Assembly (NCBI RefSeq): GCF_001194135.2
Contig: NC_068982.1
Coordinates: forward strand, 27,903,075-27,967,074
Direction: 5' to 3'
DNA from: Octopus bimaculoides
Lineage: Eukaryota
DNA length: 64,000 nt
This document shows positions 1 through 12,395 of this stretch, one piece after another; the first letter of the stretch is position 1, and each line of letters begins with the position of its first letter. The notes beneath the pieces are model-generated. The model was not told the DNA's origin and did no database searches. It saw only the letters and a program-made list of their open reading frames with translations. The translations under genes were made by a program, and so were the position numbers.

Positions 1-395
1 ACAGACAGACAAGCAGAGAGAGAGACAGACAGACAAGCAGAGAGAGACAGACAGACAAGCAGAGAGAGACAGACAGACAAGCAGAGAGAGAGAGAGAGAC
101 AGACAAACAGACAAGCAGAGAGAGAGAGAGAGACAAGCAGAGAGAGAGAGAGACAAGCAGAGAGAGAGAGAGACAAGCAGAGAGAGAGAGAGAGACAAGC
201 AGAGAGAGAGAGAGACAAGCAGAGAGAGAGAGAGACAAGCAGAGAGAGAGAGAGAGACAAGCAGAGAGAGAGAGAGACAAGCAGAGAGAGAGAGAGAGAG
301 AGAGAGACAAGCAGAAAGAGAGAGAGACAAGCAGAAAGAGAGAGACAAGCAGAAAGAGAGAGAGAGACAGAAAGAGAGAGAGAGACAGACAGATA
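1..395. repeat. Compound AG/AGAC satellite, unit about GACAAGCAGAGAGAGAGA(GA)
   Basis: Direct tandem repetition of gacaagc plus (ag)n from the window start, followed by a CA-rich low-complexity tract to about 520. Confidence 0.95.
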
Positions 396-2245
396 CTAGA
401 TACACACCCGACAGACTCCCAAACACACATCCACACACCAGACACACACACACACCCAAAACACCCAGATACACACCAGACCCCCTCCATCACACACACA
501 CTACAACACCCAGACCCTGCCAAAAGCACACATGTGGGTGATCCGGACAGATACAGGCCAACTGACAAGCAGTCCCTGGCTAGTTGACCAACAGACATAT
601 TTAGCAGATTGAATCTCTCAACTTTGGATTGGGTTATTTATCAAAAAGGAAAACTGTTTCTAGCCATCTTAATACCAGCCATTCAACAAAGATTTGTCAA
701 AGAAGGTACCAAGTTAAGAAAATTTGTTAAGATTACTAATTACAGCAAGGTTTAAACACATGATTAGTCATACAATAATCTACAACCTTTGCCTCATATT
801 CTCTATATTATAAAAAGTTTAGAATGATAAAAGTAAAACTATTTAGTATCAGGAAAAGCAAAGAAATCTTCAGGATAAATAATTAAGGTACAAACAATTA
901 CAATGAAACTGATGAAAAATATTCTACACTATTCCATCTAAAAGTAAAATATTTGTACTAGATTGTGAACAAAGTTGTTTAAACCATCACCTTGGAAACA
1001 GAAACACTTTAAATGTCATTATCTCTTGTTTACTGTATTCTAAGCAGCAACTTCTATCTTCTAGTTAAGGAAACAGAATTGCTATAAAACTTTATTTGAA
1101 ATGAGATATCCTGCAGCCAAGGTGGATACTTTCATGAATTCTGTAACTGGCTTCCATACTGAGAAAAAAGTGACAACTGAAAACCTGGTCCAAGGAAATA
1201 TGTAGCTTGTTCATACCCAAAGGAAAACATAATGGAGAAAAACAGTCACCAATATCATGCAATTTAATTTACTAAAATAAACTCTGAGAACATAAATTTG
1301 GTTTTTATCGAAATGTTTCTAACAAAAATGTAAATTTAATCTCGGTCAAAAATATTCACCTTCAAAACAGGAAAAAACAATGAACCAGCAGATCATTGAT
1401 CTTGTTAAATGAAATCAGCTTCTTATTTTATATTAAACACCATGCACAAAGACATGAAGACAATAGTTTCTCAACTTATTTTTATTATTTTTTTTACTAA
1501 GTTTTGGGTCAAGTAAAGTAGTAAGATGTTTAATACTGACAAAATATTTACATTGTGTTATCATAAAAATATTCTCTTAATGGTTTGCTTTAAGTGTTTA
1601 TCAATATTGGCAGTCGCTGTGAGGCCAATAAAAGGTTATAGATACAGATACATGTTTTCTTTGAGTGTATTATTAGATAAAATGCCATTAAATAATAATT
1701 TTTTTTTGATTTGGGCAGATGGCCAGCAATTTTTACTGATACTTTATCATATCAACCTTGGAGAGGTGAAAGGTAAAGTTGATCCCAGAGGGATTTCAAC
1801 TTGGAATGTAAAGAGCCAGAACAAAGATAGATTCAAATTCAAATTGGCGACTGCTGCATTTGTTGATAACAAGCTGATGCCAGATTCTCACACAAGAAGC
1901 AAATTAGTTCTAAGTTAAAGGTCATCATACAATTGAAATGATTATTAGCCGAGTGATGAGATAGCTCTGTCCCATCCAGCATGTTCTATTCAAGTCATGG
2001 GTAAAAAGGACAAGAAGGTATATCTACTTGTGATTATGCAGGCATGTAAAACAATTACTGAAAGAATGGTACACAATACAAAGTCATACTCACTTGTCAG
2101 TGATTGCTGTAATTTTTTGGTTTTAATTATCAGTTGAGGAAAACAGTTTCTTAGAGAAAATTAGCTATGTTACTCATGTTTTTGTTAGAAAAAAGGACTT
2201 GAATTTTAAATCTCCTTTCCTCTAAGCATACACATAGAATATATT

Positions 2246-2554
2246 ATGACAGTATTCAAGAGTAATACAACACTTCACAAATATCTCAAAGCCGCCAATA
2301 GAAGAGAATACTCCATCCCACGAGGAGATATTGATAAATCAGGTATAGCTGATCATGTATGGAAAAATGGAGACCACCTCCCCCTGTGGGATGATGTTAA
2401 AATAATAGATAGAGAACACCACTGGAAAATATGAAAACTAAAAGAAGCAGCACATATGTTAGGACACAACAACCTCCTAAGTAGACTGAGTGCAGATATG
2501 AATAGCATATGGGAACCGGTATTAAGGAAGGATAGGAAAATATTAGATTTATAA
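2246..2554 (+). pseudogene. Penelope-like retroelement ORF remnant (C-terminal half of the GIY-YIG endonuclease)
   Basis: Translates VFKSNTTLHKYL..RGDIDKSGIADHVWKNGDHLPLWDDVKIIDREHHWKI*KLKEAAHMLGHNNLLSRLSADMNSIWEPVLRKDRKILDL* (stop 2552-2554). This matches the PLE pattern S.iAeH.w...H...wd.vkild.e.....R..kEa. The internal TGA at 2432 is consistent with CGA>TGA decay, and the GIY/YIG motifs are deleted. Confidence 0.85.
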
Positions 2555-2825
2555 GCCCTAAAATTCACTCCATAATTGCCCATTGGCATATATATGGCGC
2601 AGTGGTTAAGAGCACAGGCTACAACCCCAAGATTCCGAGTTCGATTCCAGGCAGTGACCTGAATAACAATATCGAAAAATACCTCAGGAGTGAGAACCCA
2701 GGTTTAAAATTTCCACAAGACACCTGATGAAGGCTGGAGGGTATATCAGCTGAAATGTTGTGTTAACAAGATGAGGACAAATATCTGTCAAATGTAAATA
2801 ATGTGCATAATTCCTCATCTCTTAG
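2538..2825 (+). mobile_element. PLE pseudo-LTR (family 1) with tRNA-derived head and hammerhead motif
   Basis: Directly follows the PLE stop codon. Aligns along its length with a second copy at 54921-55210. Contains A box 2595-2605, B box 2637-2648 and hammerhead core 2719-2764. Confidence 0.8.
2719..2764 (+). ncRNA. Minimal type I hammerhead ribozyme (CpG-decayed)
   Basis: GACAC-CTGATGA-A-GGCTG(gagggtatat)CAGCT-GAAA-TG-TT-GTGTT. Helix I is GACAC/GTGTT, helix II is GGCTG/CAGCT, and helix III is the palindromic AA(C>T)GTT type needing dimerisation, as known for PLE hammerheads. Confidence 0.75.
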
Positions 2826-4370
2826 AACTGTACTCCAACAATTATTTCATGTTTACTTTGAAAAAACTTCAAAATTACTTAAGATAAATACAAAAAAAAA
2901 AAAAAAGCTTAGCTTAAATGGATCTTGATTAAATGTTCAATAGCAAAATACAGAAACAAAATCAAATACCAAATGGCGAGACAGGCCACAGAAAGAAAAT
3001 GGTAAAGTATTCAGTTAGTGAATTGAGAGAGAGAGAGAAAGAAAGCATAGTAACTATAGAAAAACGCTAAGAAAAAACAGTATTAGTATGAAAGAAAACA
3101 AAATCATAGTGAATATTAAATCTTTGCTCGAGGCAAATAAGAGGTTTTTTCTTAAACAATGTTACATGCAAAGTGCAAAAGAGCAGTACTTTACAGAGAT
3201 GGAATTTCTAAGATGATGATATAACAATACATCGTTTTAAACAAGTATTCTTAATGGAAACAATATACACCAAAATGCTTTTTGTTTGGATGAGGGTGAT
3301 TATGAAAAGGCTGATGAAATTTAGAGGAGCATATGTTTAAAAGCAATATGAATATATGGTGTGATCAATATGAAAACAAGTATAAGATGGCTGCTGCCTG
3401 TTAAACATATTTGCTGACAGAGGGAAAGATAGATCAAAATGCATTCTTTCTAAAGTAAGGGAAAATGTTTACTAAGGAGTTAAACATAATTTGAGAAGCC
3501 TTCTTATATGTGTTTATCTTTGGTTAAGCTACTTTAATCTAAAAATAAGCATGTTTAAATTATAATACGCACTTGACTAACAAGTTATTTTAATTCTTAA
3601 TGCTAAAAAGGTTTTTCGTTTTTTCCTCAACAATTTAAAGCTACTACCTTCACTGCATAGAACAAAAAACAACATAGAAAACATTTCTAACATTTGTATT
3701 GAGAAGAACTATATTCTTCACAAAATAAAGACTTGAAACTCATGACAAAACCATTTTTTTTTTTCTGGTCAGAACAAATCTGACTTAGCTCTATACCCTA
3801 ATGTATGTAGGTGATTCTATTTCTCTGCAACCTGCTTAAAACGGTAAAATTATTTTCATCTCAAAACTCAAGTTTTGTCTTGTATTTCTCATGTGTTGAC
3901 TTAAATTATCAAATCACACCTATATAATCCCACTAACCACCAGCAAACTTTACGAAACTAAATCAAATTTTACAAGTTCTCAACCACCTAGCAGTGTTAA
4001 TATTTTATGCATTGGAGCTGTTACCTTTTATCTTAGTTGTAAGAACCAACATTTACCTGCTAAAATAATCAAGATTTCAAGTTTTTCCGTGAGTATTAAT
4101 GTTTCTGAGTTGATTTAGTTCGATTACACCTTGCTTTCTATCTTTAATATGTTGTTTTCAAAACAAAGCAGCTATTACACAAATTAGCTGCTACAGTAAA
4201 CAATTTATCTTAAACTTTGAAGCCACATTTCTAGCAAGTACATTTTAAGTTGTAAACAAAATATGGCTAAAACCAAAAAATAAGTGAAAATATCAAGAAA
4301 ATAGACTAAGTTGCAACAATTCTCTATGCTAGATAAATGACAAAATTCTAATGCTATCATATTGGTAATA

Positions 4371-5585
4371 TTAGGTTGGAAAGAAATTCCTGTTGCATTT
4401 TTGACATGATCACTCTGAGGGTACTTTTTCAGTACTTATAGTAAAATGTGCATTAACATTTCCTATTCTCCCCCTGTTGCAGATTGGTTTATACCATTGC
4501 AGTTAAATTTGTATTGATTTCATCTTCTGAAAAATGAGTTTGGATCAGGCTCATATCAGACACTACATGCTGTATGAATTCAAAAGGGGGCTCTTGAGCA
4601 AGTGGTAAGAAACATTCATTCTGTCTATGGAAATGAGGCTTTAAGTGGCTGAACATGTCAATGATGGCTTTGCCAGTTTAACTCAGGAAATTTCTCTCTC
4701 ACAGAATCCCCTCAATCTGGAAGAAACTTGTCAATACTGAGCTTCTGAAAACCATACTTGAGGAAAATTCTAATCAAACTGCTTAAGAGTTAGCAAAACA
4801 GTTGAGTTCGGTAAGTCATACTTTGATCATAAAACATCATGCAGTAGGAAAATATCTAAATATGATCAGTGGGTCTCTCATCATCTGACCGATTCTCAGC
4901 CTAAGAGTTGCTCTCTGCTCATCATTTAAGAGTAGACTTGCTACTGAACCTTTCCTGGGCAGAATCATCACAAGTGATGAAAAGTGAGTTCTTTATAATC
5001 ATATCCAATGAAACTGGAAACAGTTAACATTCAATAGCAAAGTAGTTTCCTTCCTAAAAGCAGGACTACACCTGAAAAAAAGTTATGCCCTGTGTTTGGT
5101 GAGATATGAAGGGTTATCGTCTATCATGAAGTGTTAAACCAAAATGAAACACTTAATGTAGAGTGTCATTAAATTGAAGTATTGCTCAAAAGTTTGCAGA
5201 AAAAGCTCCCATTTTTAGTCAATCGTTAGGATGTTGCACTTTCACAATAATGCAATACTACATATTACCCAAGTCACTTAAGAAAAGATTATAGCACTAA
5301 ATACGGAAGTTTTGCTTCATCCTCCTTACTCTCCTGACCTTGCTCCACTTGAGTGTTATCTTTTCAGCTCATTGCAAAATTATTTTGCAGAAAAACAACT
5401 TATTCATTATGAAGAAGTTAAAAATTATATTGAGTGTTTCTTTGCTTTGAAAGCAGAAGATTCTTGTGCTCAAGGAATCAACAATCAGCCAAATAAATGG
5501 ACTTGTCAATAATGTGGGGGAAATATCTTGATCAAATATATTATCATTTAAGACCAAAGAAACATTTGTTTCTTTCCCATCTTGA
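4371..5585 (+). mobile_element. Near full-length degenerate mariner (DD34D) transposon
   Basis: TA at 4369-4370, then TIR ttaggttggaaagaaa, with an imperfect inverted copy tttctttcccatctt near 5569-5583. Broken transposase motifs HIRHYMLYEFKRG, QWVSHHL (WVPHEL), RIITSDEK, HNNA (HDNA) and HPPYSPDLAP..YLF (ORF 5312-5512). Length about 1.2 kb. Confidence 0.92.
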
Positions 5586-7569
5586 AAAATGGCAGCACTT
5601 TCCAACTTGATAGTGTTAGTACCAAGGACAGACACGCACACAGTGTGTGCACATTATCTTAAATATTTATCAATTCTTCCATTGTTGAAAATGTCTAAAG
5701 TTAAGTCACAAATTTTATTTTAGTTATATTAGATTAAACATGGAAAAACTATTTTTTGGGGCTGGTGGCCCTACAATGACCTAGTGTCATTTATCTCGAT
5801 CCCAAATACTATGAGTTTGTTTTTGTCATAGGAAGTCAAATCACATTGCTTTAATCTTCCCCGTTTCTCAATGGTAAAAGTTGCACAGGTCATCGTACAA
5901 TCATCTCCAAGTCCCAAAGTTCTTAGCTGTCATTGAAATAACTAACCTAAAACCGTTCTTAGTCTCCATCAAATGTAAGTACTTTCCTGTAAAACTTTAC
6001 TTTTTCCTTTTTTTTTTGTTACTCAGCATATGTCACCCATTTGAGTTTTATGTCCAAATTTGTACAACTCTCATTACATATCAGTTGATGACTTTCAAGT
6101 TCAGTCGCATAACTGATAAAATTAGATAATACATCAAATAGACAACAATCAACTAATATTTCCAGGTGTTGTGTATGTTCTGTACTGCGAATCAGCATGC
6201 TTATGTTTGACAATAGCATACCTCTTATATATTACATAAACTGCTGCTTCATGTTTAACTGACATCAACGAACAGTTTTTTTTGTTTTTCTTTTAAGAAA
6301 AGATGTACTACTAATACTAATCCCCAAATACTGCTTGTCTTTTGAAACAGTTGTTGGTAAATCTCAAACTACAAAACTGAAATTATTTTCTTTATTAAAA
6401 ATGCTATTTCTTAAACCTCAAGTAATCTGCTCCTGAATTGTTTTAGTTTAATATTGCTAACCCAGAAATAATTACGTACTTATTATCCTTTCTCTTTGAT
6501 AATTACATTGGTAATTTATACTACTTTTGTAAACACAACATTCCTAGCAATTGTCTTAATTTTCTGGTAACCTACAGAGCAATACTACAGATGACTTACT
6601 AAAAAAAAGCATTTCAATCAGATTTTCCCTAATTTCTTATCTTTACTACAGTGTAATTCTTTAGTTCATCATTTTATTCTAACTAAACCTTGAAAATATA
6701 AAGGCCGTTTTTCAATTATAATTCTGATTTTTCTCAAATATTAGCAATAAAGCTACTTGTCAGAACCGACATTTGGCTATTGTATGTAATTCAAGTTGAG
6801 ACAATTTTGAAGTGTATACAAGTTAATATCCAATTAACCTGAAGAGATTTGTCTAGTTAAAATATTAACATATGAAAGTTAATTTAAGAAAACTATCAGC
6901 TGTTCAAGCTAATCTAATTAACATTCAACAATAGGATTAGTTTAATCCAGATTAATGTTTGCACTACAACACAATATTTTTCAATGAGTCACTAAACATT
7001 CTGTTAATGCAACTCACAGAAATTTGCAGCTTTTACACAAGAATAAATAACTTTTATACCTATAACTAGACAATAGAAAAAGAAATTTCATAGGAGCACC
7101 TAAAGAACAAACTTTTCAAATTAATTTATTTAAAAAAATTAATACGAGTTAAAAAAAGATCTAATATAACTAATAATTGTGTATTAATTTCCATTTGAAT
7201 AAACTAGGAGGCTTAATTCTCATGTTTGCAACAGCAGAAATAACCACAGTAGGGTTAAATGCAGTGACTAGGAAAAATAGGGGTTTAACTAATGTCTTTT
7301 GCCCAAGCAAGTAAGAGATACAACTCAAAACATTTCTGTATTTGTCAGCAAAAATACATCCTTTACTTGATGGTACTGTGGCAACTAATTATATGAAATG
7401 TTCACGAAGATATTGATACTAGTGGGAAATAAAATTGATAATTTAATTATAATGAAGTGCTGACTGTATATTTAAGTAATAGAAAGGTTAAGTTTGATTC
7501 AGAGTACCAACAGTCTTTCCAGAGGTCAAGCAACTGATAAACATACATAAAGAAACTATACCATGGAAT

Positions 7570-7760
7570 TATCGTTTAACATTTTTTTACATGCAGGCAT
7601 GGGTTGGACGGTTTGACATCAACTAATGAACCAGAGGGTTACACCAAGCTCTAATGTCTGCTTTGGCATGGTTTCTACAGCTTGATACCCTTCTTAATGC
7701 CAACCACTTCACAGAGTACCAGGTAAAATTTTCATGGCACCAACAATGGTGATGTCACTA
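7570..7760 (-). mobile_element. RTE-tailed SINE/LINE 3' end
   Basis: Reverse complement of ...ggttggcattaagaagggtatcaagctgtagaaaccatgccaaagcagac...gtcaaaccgtccaacccatgcc..., the same family as 22037-22340 and 60001-60130. Confidence 0.8.
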
Positions 7761-8518
7761 ATTACCTGCAAGACATGATACCTTAATTGAGTGGGCCTCG
7801 TCTGGCAGGTACTTTGCTAGAAAACTTACACTTAAAAAAAATAAAAGTCGTATCCCATTAAATAGATACCTGGCAAACACAGGCGATTAGGACGTAAGCT
7901 ACAACTGAGCTGATTCTACAATCTAATTATTCCCTGTCCATACGATGTTGCTAATGCTCATGGGAAAGACACGAGCATCACAGCAATTCTTTACATTGGC
8001 CATTCAAATAGTTCTTGTGCTGTAGAAATCAATATTTTTTAAATACACAAACATTAATTTGAAAAAAAATATTAAAATGTATACATATATGTAACCATCA
8101 CAGATGGTTTGGATATTAAAAATAAAGATTGCTTAGCATATTCCAAGATATGAGTGAGATGGAGATGATACAGAAAGTAAAAAAAAAAAAAATGACAGTA
8201 GATGCATTATTGTATTTTCTTTGGTACTTCATTGTTGTAAGCTTAAATGTCCCCTCGAGGTCAACTTTGCTTTTTCAACTCATGTAATAATACACTTGAG
8301 AGTAATCTTTGTTGACTGAACTTCTGTGCAACTAACCTATGAAATAAATTCTTTGTACAAGTTTTCATAATCTTAAAAGCAAAAAGACTGTTAGCTACTT
8401 TATTATGGATACTGAATAGCAAAGTTTAAAGAGAGCTGTAAATTCTTTAGCGCAACTGAAATTTATTTTCATCTCTTAAAACCAGCATTCTTTTAGAGCT
8501 GTCTATAAAGAGACATTA

Positions 8519-8561
<43 letters not shown>

Positions 8562-8667
8562 AAAATTCAAGTATTTTTGATTGAACAATATTCTTGGTGT
8601 TCATTCCAAAAGAAAGGGAAATTTGGATTAAACAAGTAATGCCACATTCAGCATCAGGAAGAAGATG

Positions 8668-8668
8668 T

Positions 8669-8700
<32 letters not shown>

Positions 8701-8990
8701 TTAACGTCTGCTTTCCATGCTGGAATGGGCTGGGTAATTTGACAGGAGCTGGNNNNNNNNNNNNNNNNNNNNNNNNNNNNNNNNNNNNNNNNNNNNNNNN
8801 NNNNNNNNNNNNNNNNNNNNNNNNNNNNNNNNNNNGAGCTAGGACTGTGTCAATTTCTACAGTCAGTTGGCATGGTTTCTATGGCTGGATGTCTTTCCTA
8901 ATGCCAACCACTTCACAGTTTACTAGGTGCTTTTTACATAGCACTAGCAAGGTCACTAAATAACTTGCAAGATAAGACCCCCCCACCCTC
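8668..8990 (-). mobile_element. RTE-tailed SINE with (GAT)n tail, interrupted by a gap
   Basis: (CAT)n at 8671-8700, then ttaacgtctgctttccatgctgg...ggcatggtttctatggctggatgtctttcctaatgccaacc. Confidence 0.85.
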
Positions 8991-9580
8991 ACCCAATTGA
9001 CAGGGTTGTAGTATCGAAGGATATAGCTTTGTGGTAGGTGATGAGGGGTTAGAAACATGTCTTGTAGTACTGGAGATATATGGCTATCCCAGTTGGAGAA
9101 GGAGAGAGAGAGAGAGAGATGTGTTGGTGCACACCCTCAAGTTACAGAGAGAAGATTGGATAGGATGAGTATATATATCATTTTATATCCACTTTACATG
9201 CCGGTATACATTAGATGGGTTTGTCACAGTTCAAGCAGTTTCTTATTAGGTGCTACTGCTATGGCAAGTGGTGCTTAAACATGTCACTTTCATTTGTTTT
9301 TTTTCCTTCTTACAGCTCAATGCCCTTTCTATTGCAAACCATTTTACTGGAGTACTGCGTGTAATTTCTCATGGCACCAGAACAAGAGACTTTCATGATT
9401 TCTAGATGAGACAGGGCTAAAAAAACCCCACACAACCCTAAGTTTTCTCCACTTGTTATACATGAATGATATATATTAAAATTGTGCATAAAAGTAAAAG
9501 TTAAAACCCCAAATGCTCATAAGGAATGGTGCCCAACTCCGATTTCAAAGTACCAAATATCCAATAGAACACCAACTTAA

Positions 9581-9797
9581 CCCTTTGGGATTCAGATTAC
9601 TCTGTCAAATGTATTGCATATTTATTCCCATTGTTTTGAAATAATCATGCATTATCTCATAACTTTGAAATTTCAACGTGATTATTCATTGTTAGTATGA
9701 CATTGTAGGGTCAGTATAAGAGGCAAATTCCAGTCAGTTTGAACATAAAACAAGTAGAATATTTCGGTCAGACATGGCGAGTTTAAAAGTTAAAGGG
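9581..9797. mobile_element. piggyBac-type MITE
   Basis: TTAA-CCCTTT...AAAGGG-TTAT termini. The interior matches, in reverse, 23949-24150 and 25997-26198. Confidence 0.75.
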
Positions 9798-10643
9798 TTA
9801 TATAATACTACATAACATGTTGGTACCTATTCCTGAAAAGTAAGCCAACTGAGATGTATAGCATTTGCTTTGCAGTGAATTTGAACTAGAGAATAGATTG
9901 ATCATTTCCCTCACATGGCTATCTTATCACTGCTACAATGACAATAGCAAACTAATTTCTTTTGCTTCATAGAATTGAAATGATTAACAGAAACGTAGGA
10001 TATACTAATGAATGTTATATTCAAAACATTAATTGGGGTAGTTTAGAACAGATAACAAACGTGTTTTTAAAAACTAGTTAGACTTAACAATTAGCTAAAC
10101 TGATCTGGAGAACAAAATCTGCTAAATTCAATTCAGTAAGAAAGAGAGGGAATCACTAAGAAAAATAAAAGATTTTCTTCAATAACTCCATCACAAAACA
10201 AAATTCTAAGTAATTTGTAATTTCAGTCAAACACAAAATCTCAGCATTAGAATGTACACAAATGGAGTCAGGCTTTTAATACCAATACAAAACTTATTAA
10301 GAAGACCTGCTTTAATTAGATTCTTTAACAGTGATCGTATAAATTCTATGGATGTTACCAATGCTTGTTGACTGTAGACCAAAGACAGAATTTAATGTGA
10401 TGAATAAAATTAAATTAATAACAAAGTTTGTAAACGATTCAGGAAGAATCGATATTTTGTTAGATTTCCGACACAGACACAACCACTGCTACACACACAA
10501 CCATATGCACAGATCACACAAAGATACACACAATGCCACAACCTCCACACAATCACAACTTCCAATACATGCGCACAACAACACACTCAACAGTACACAA
10601 CACCACCATAACGCAACAGCACCGTAAAGCAACATGCTCAACA

Positions 10644-10727
10644 CAACACACTCGACGCAACAACACACTCGACGCAACAACACACTCGACGCAACAACAC
10701 ACTCGACGCAACAACACACTCGACAAC
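10644..10727. repeat. 17-bp minisatellite (CAACACACTCGACGCAA) x about 5 within a CA-rich tract (10470-10860)
   Basis: ctcgac recurs at 10651, 10668, 10685, 10702 and 10719. Confidence 0.92.
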
Positions 10728-12214
10728 GCACACAAGCACAATGTGCAAATTGCCACCACAAATAAATTACATATACATGATACACACACACACAAATCAT
10801 AATACACAAATATGAAATACACAGAATATCCACATCATACACACTGAAAACAATCACAACATACTCTAGATTCTAACTAAAAATTACTGAAAATGTTTGT
10901 AGCAATGCTTTATCTGATTAATCCTTGATATTTCATTGAATACCTGGTCTGAAATTTGTCATTATTCTAGTGGCTTAAAGAGCTTAAAATTCTATTCCTG
11001 ATTCTGATATACAACAAATAGCTCATGTGAAACTTCACATGATATTCAACTACTTGAAGTAGCAAAGGTGAATAATTTCTTTATCAAGATAAATAATATA
11101 CATCAACACATTTTCTCCACATCTCATTTTCTAATAGCTATTATCTAATAGCTAGATTTTGAAATATAAAAATAAAGACTCGGCAGATTAAACAAGAGCA
11201 AAGAATATTTCCATGAGAAAATAATATTTAAAAAATCTGACAAGGGAAAGAGAGGGTTAAAAACTGTTCCTCTTGACTAAAATCGAGACACCAAAGGTCT
11301 GTATTTAACATAAATGAAGATTTATTCAGTGCAAACTGAAACCTAATAAAAACATTTAGATAGTGTGATGTCTCTTAGGAATATTAAATCAATAAAGTTG
11401 AAAGTGTTCAAGACATTAAAAGCCAAAAAAAAAAAAAAAAAAAAAAAAAATGCATAAAGAAAAAGAAAAGCAGGAACCAAAAGTATGAGCATAAAAGCAA
11501 AACTATAAAATTAAAAAGATAAAATGCCATTGGGAGGGAGAGAGAGAGAGTGTGTGTATGAGAGAATGCAAGAAAAATGGTTGAGATTGAATGGACGTGA
11601 GGTGGGGGGGGGGNNNNNNNNNNNNNNNNNNNNNNNNNNNNNNNNNNNNNNNNNNNNNNNNNNNNNNNNNNNNNNNNNNNNNNNNNNNNNNNNNNNNNNN
11701 NNNNNNNNNNNNNNNNNNNNNNNNNNNNNNNNNNNNNNNNNNNNNNNNNNNNNNNNNNNNNNNNNNNNNNNNNNNNNNNNNNNNNNNNNNNNNNNNNNNN
11801 NNNNNNNNNNNNNNNNNNNNNNNNNNNNNNNNNNNNNNNNNNNNNNNNNNNNNNNNNNNNNNNNNNNNNNNNNNNNNNNNNNNNNNNNNNNNNNNNNNNN
11901 NNNNNNNNNNNNNNNNNNNNNNNNNNNNNNNNNNNNNNNNNNNNNNNNNNNNNNNNNNNNNNNNNNNNNNNNNNNNNNNNNNNNNNNNNNNNNNNNNNNN
12001 NNNNNNNNNNNNNNNNNNNNNNNNNNNNNNNNNNNNNNNNNNNNNNNNNNNNNNNNNNNNNNNNNNNNNNNNNNNNNNNNNNNNNNNNNNNNNNNNNNNN
12101 NNNNNNNNNNNNNNNNNNNNNNNNNNNNNNNNNNNNNNNNNNNNNNNNNNNNNNNNNNNNNAAAAAAAAAAAAAAAAAAAAAAAAAAGAAAGTAGGATGA
12201 TTATTGGTCTATGT

Positions 12215-12395
12215 CAGTGTTTCTCAACCATTTTGATATCTATGGACCCCTTTGATTCCTATTTTACTCGGATGGACTCTCCTAGCCATCTGATGTTTAA
12301 AAAAAAACCCATTATATTTTTATAATTAATTTTTGGAAGTATAAAAAAAACAAATTTTAATAAAATCTTATATGGACTGTAGTTCAAAACCACTG
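12215..12395. mobile_element. hAT-type MITE
   Basis: TIRs cagtgtttctcaac / gttcaaaaccactg. Degenerate 8-bp TSD gtctatgt / gtgcatgt. Confidence 0.75.

Noticed and set aside
1526-1918. 130-aa ORF
   Set aside because: AT-rich intron sequence plus an antisense SINE fragment (about 1750-1850); no domain.
2588-2660. Possible genuine tRNA gene
   Set aside because: Acceptor and T stems do not pair properly, and it is embedded in a repeated pLTR; treated as a tRNA-derived head.
11524-12325. Long ORFs spanning N runs (also 21851-22174 and 36305-37002)
   Set aside because: Artefacts of assembly gaps translated as X.
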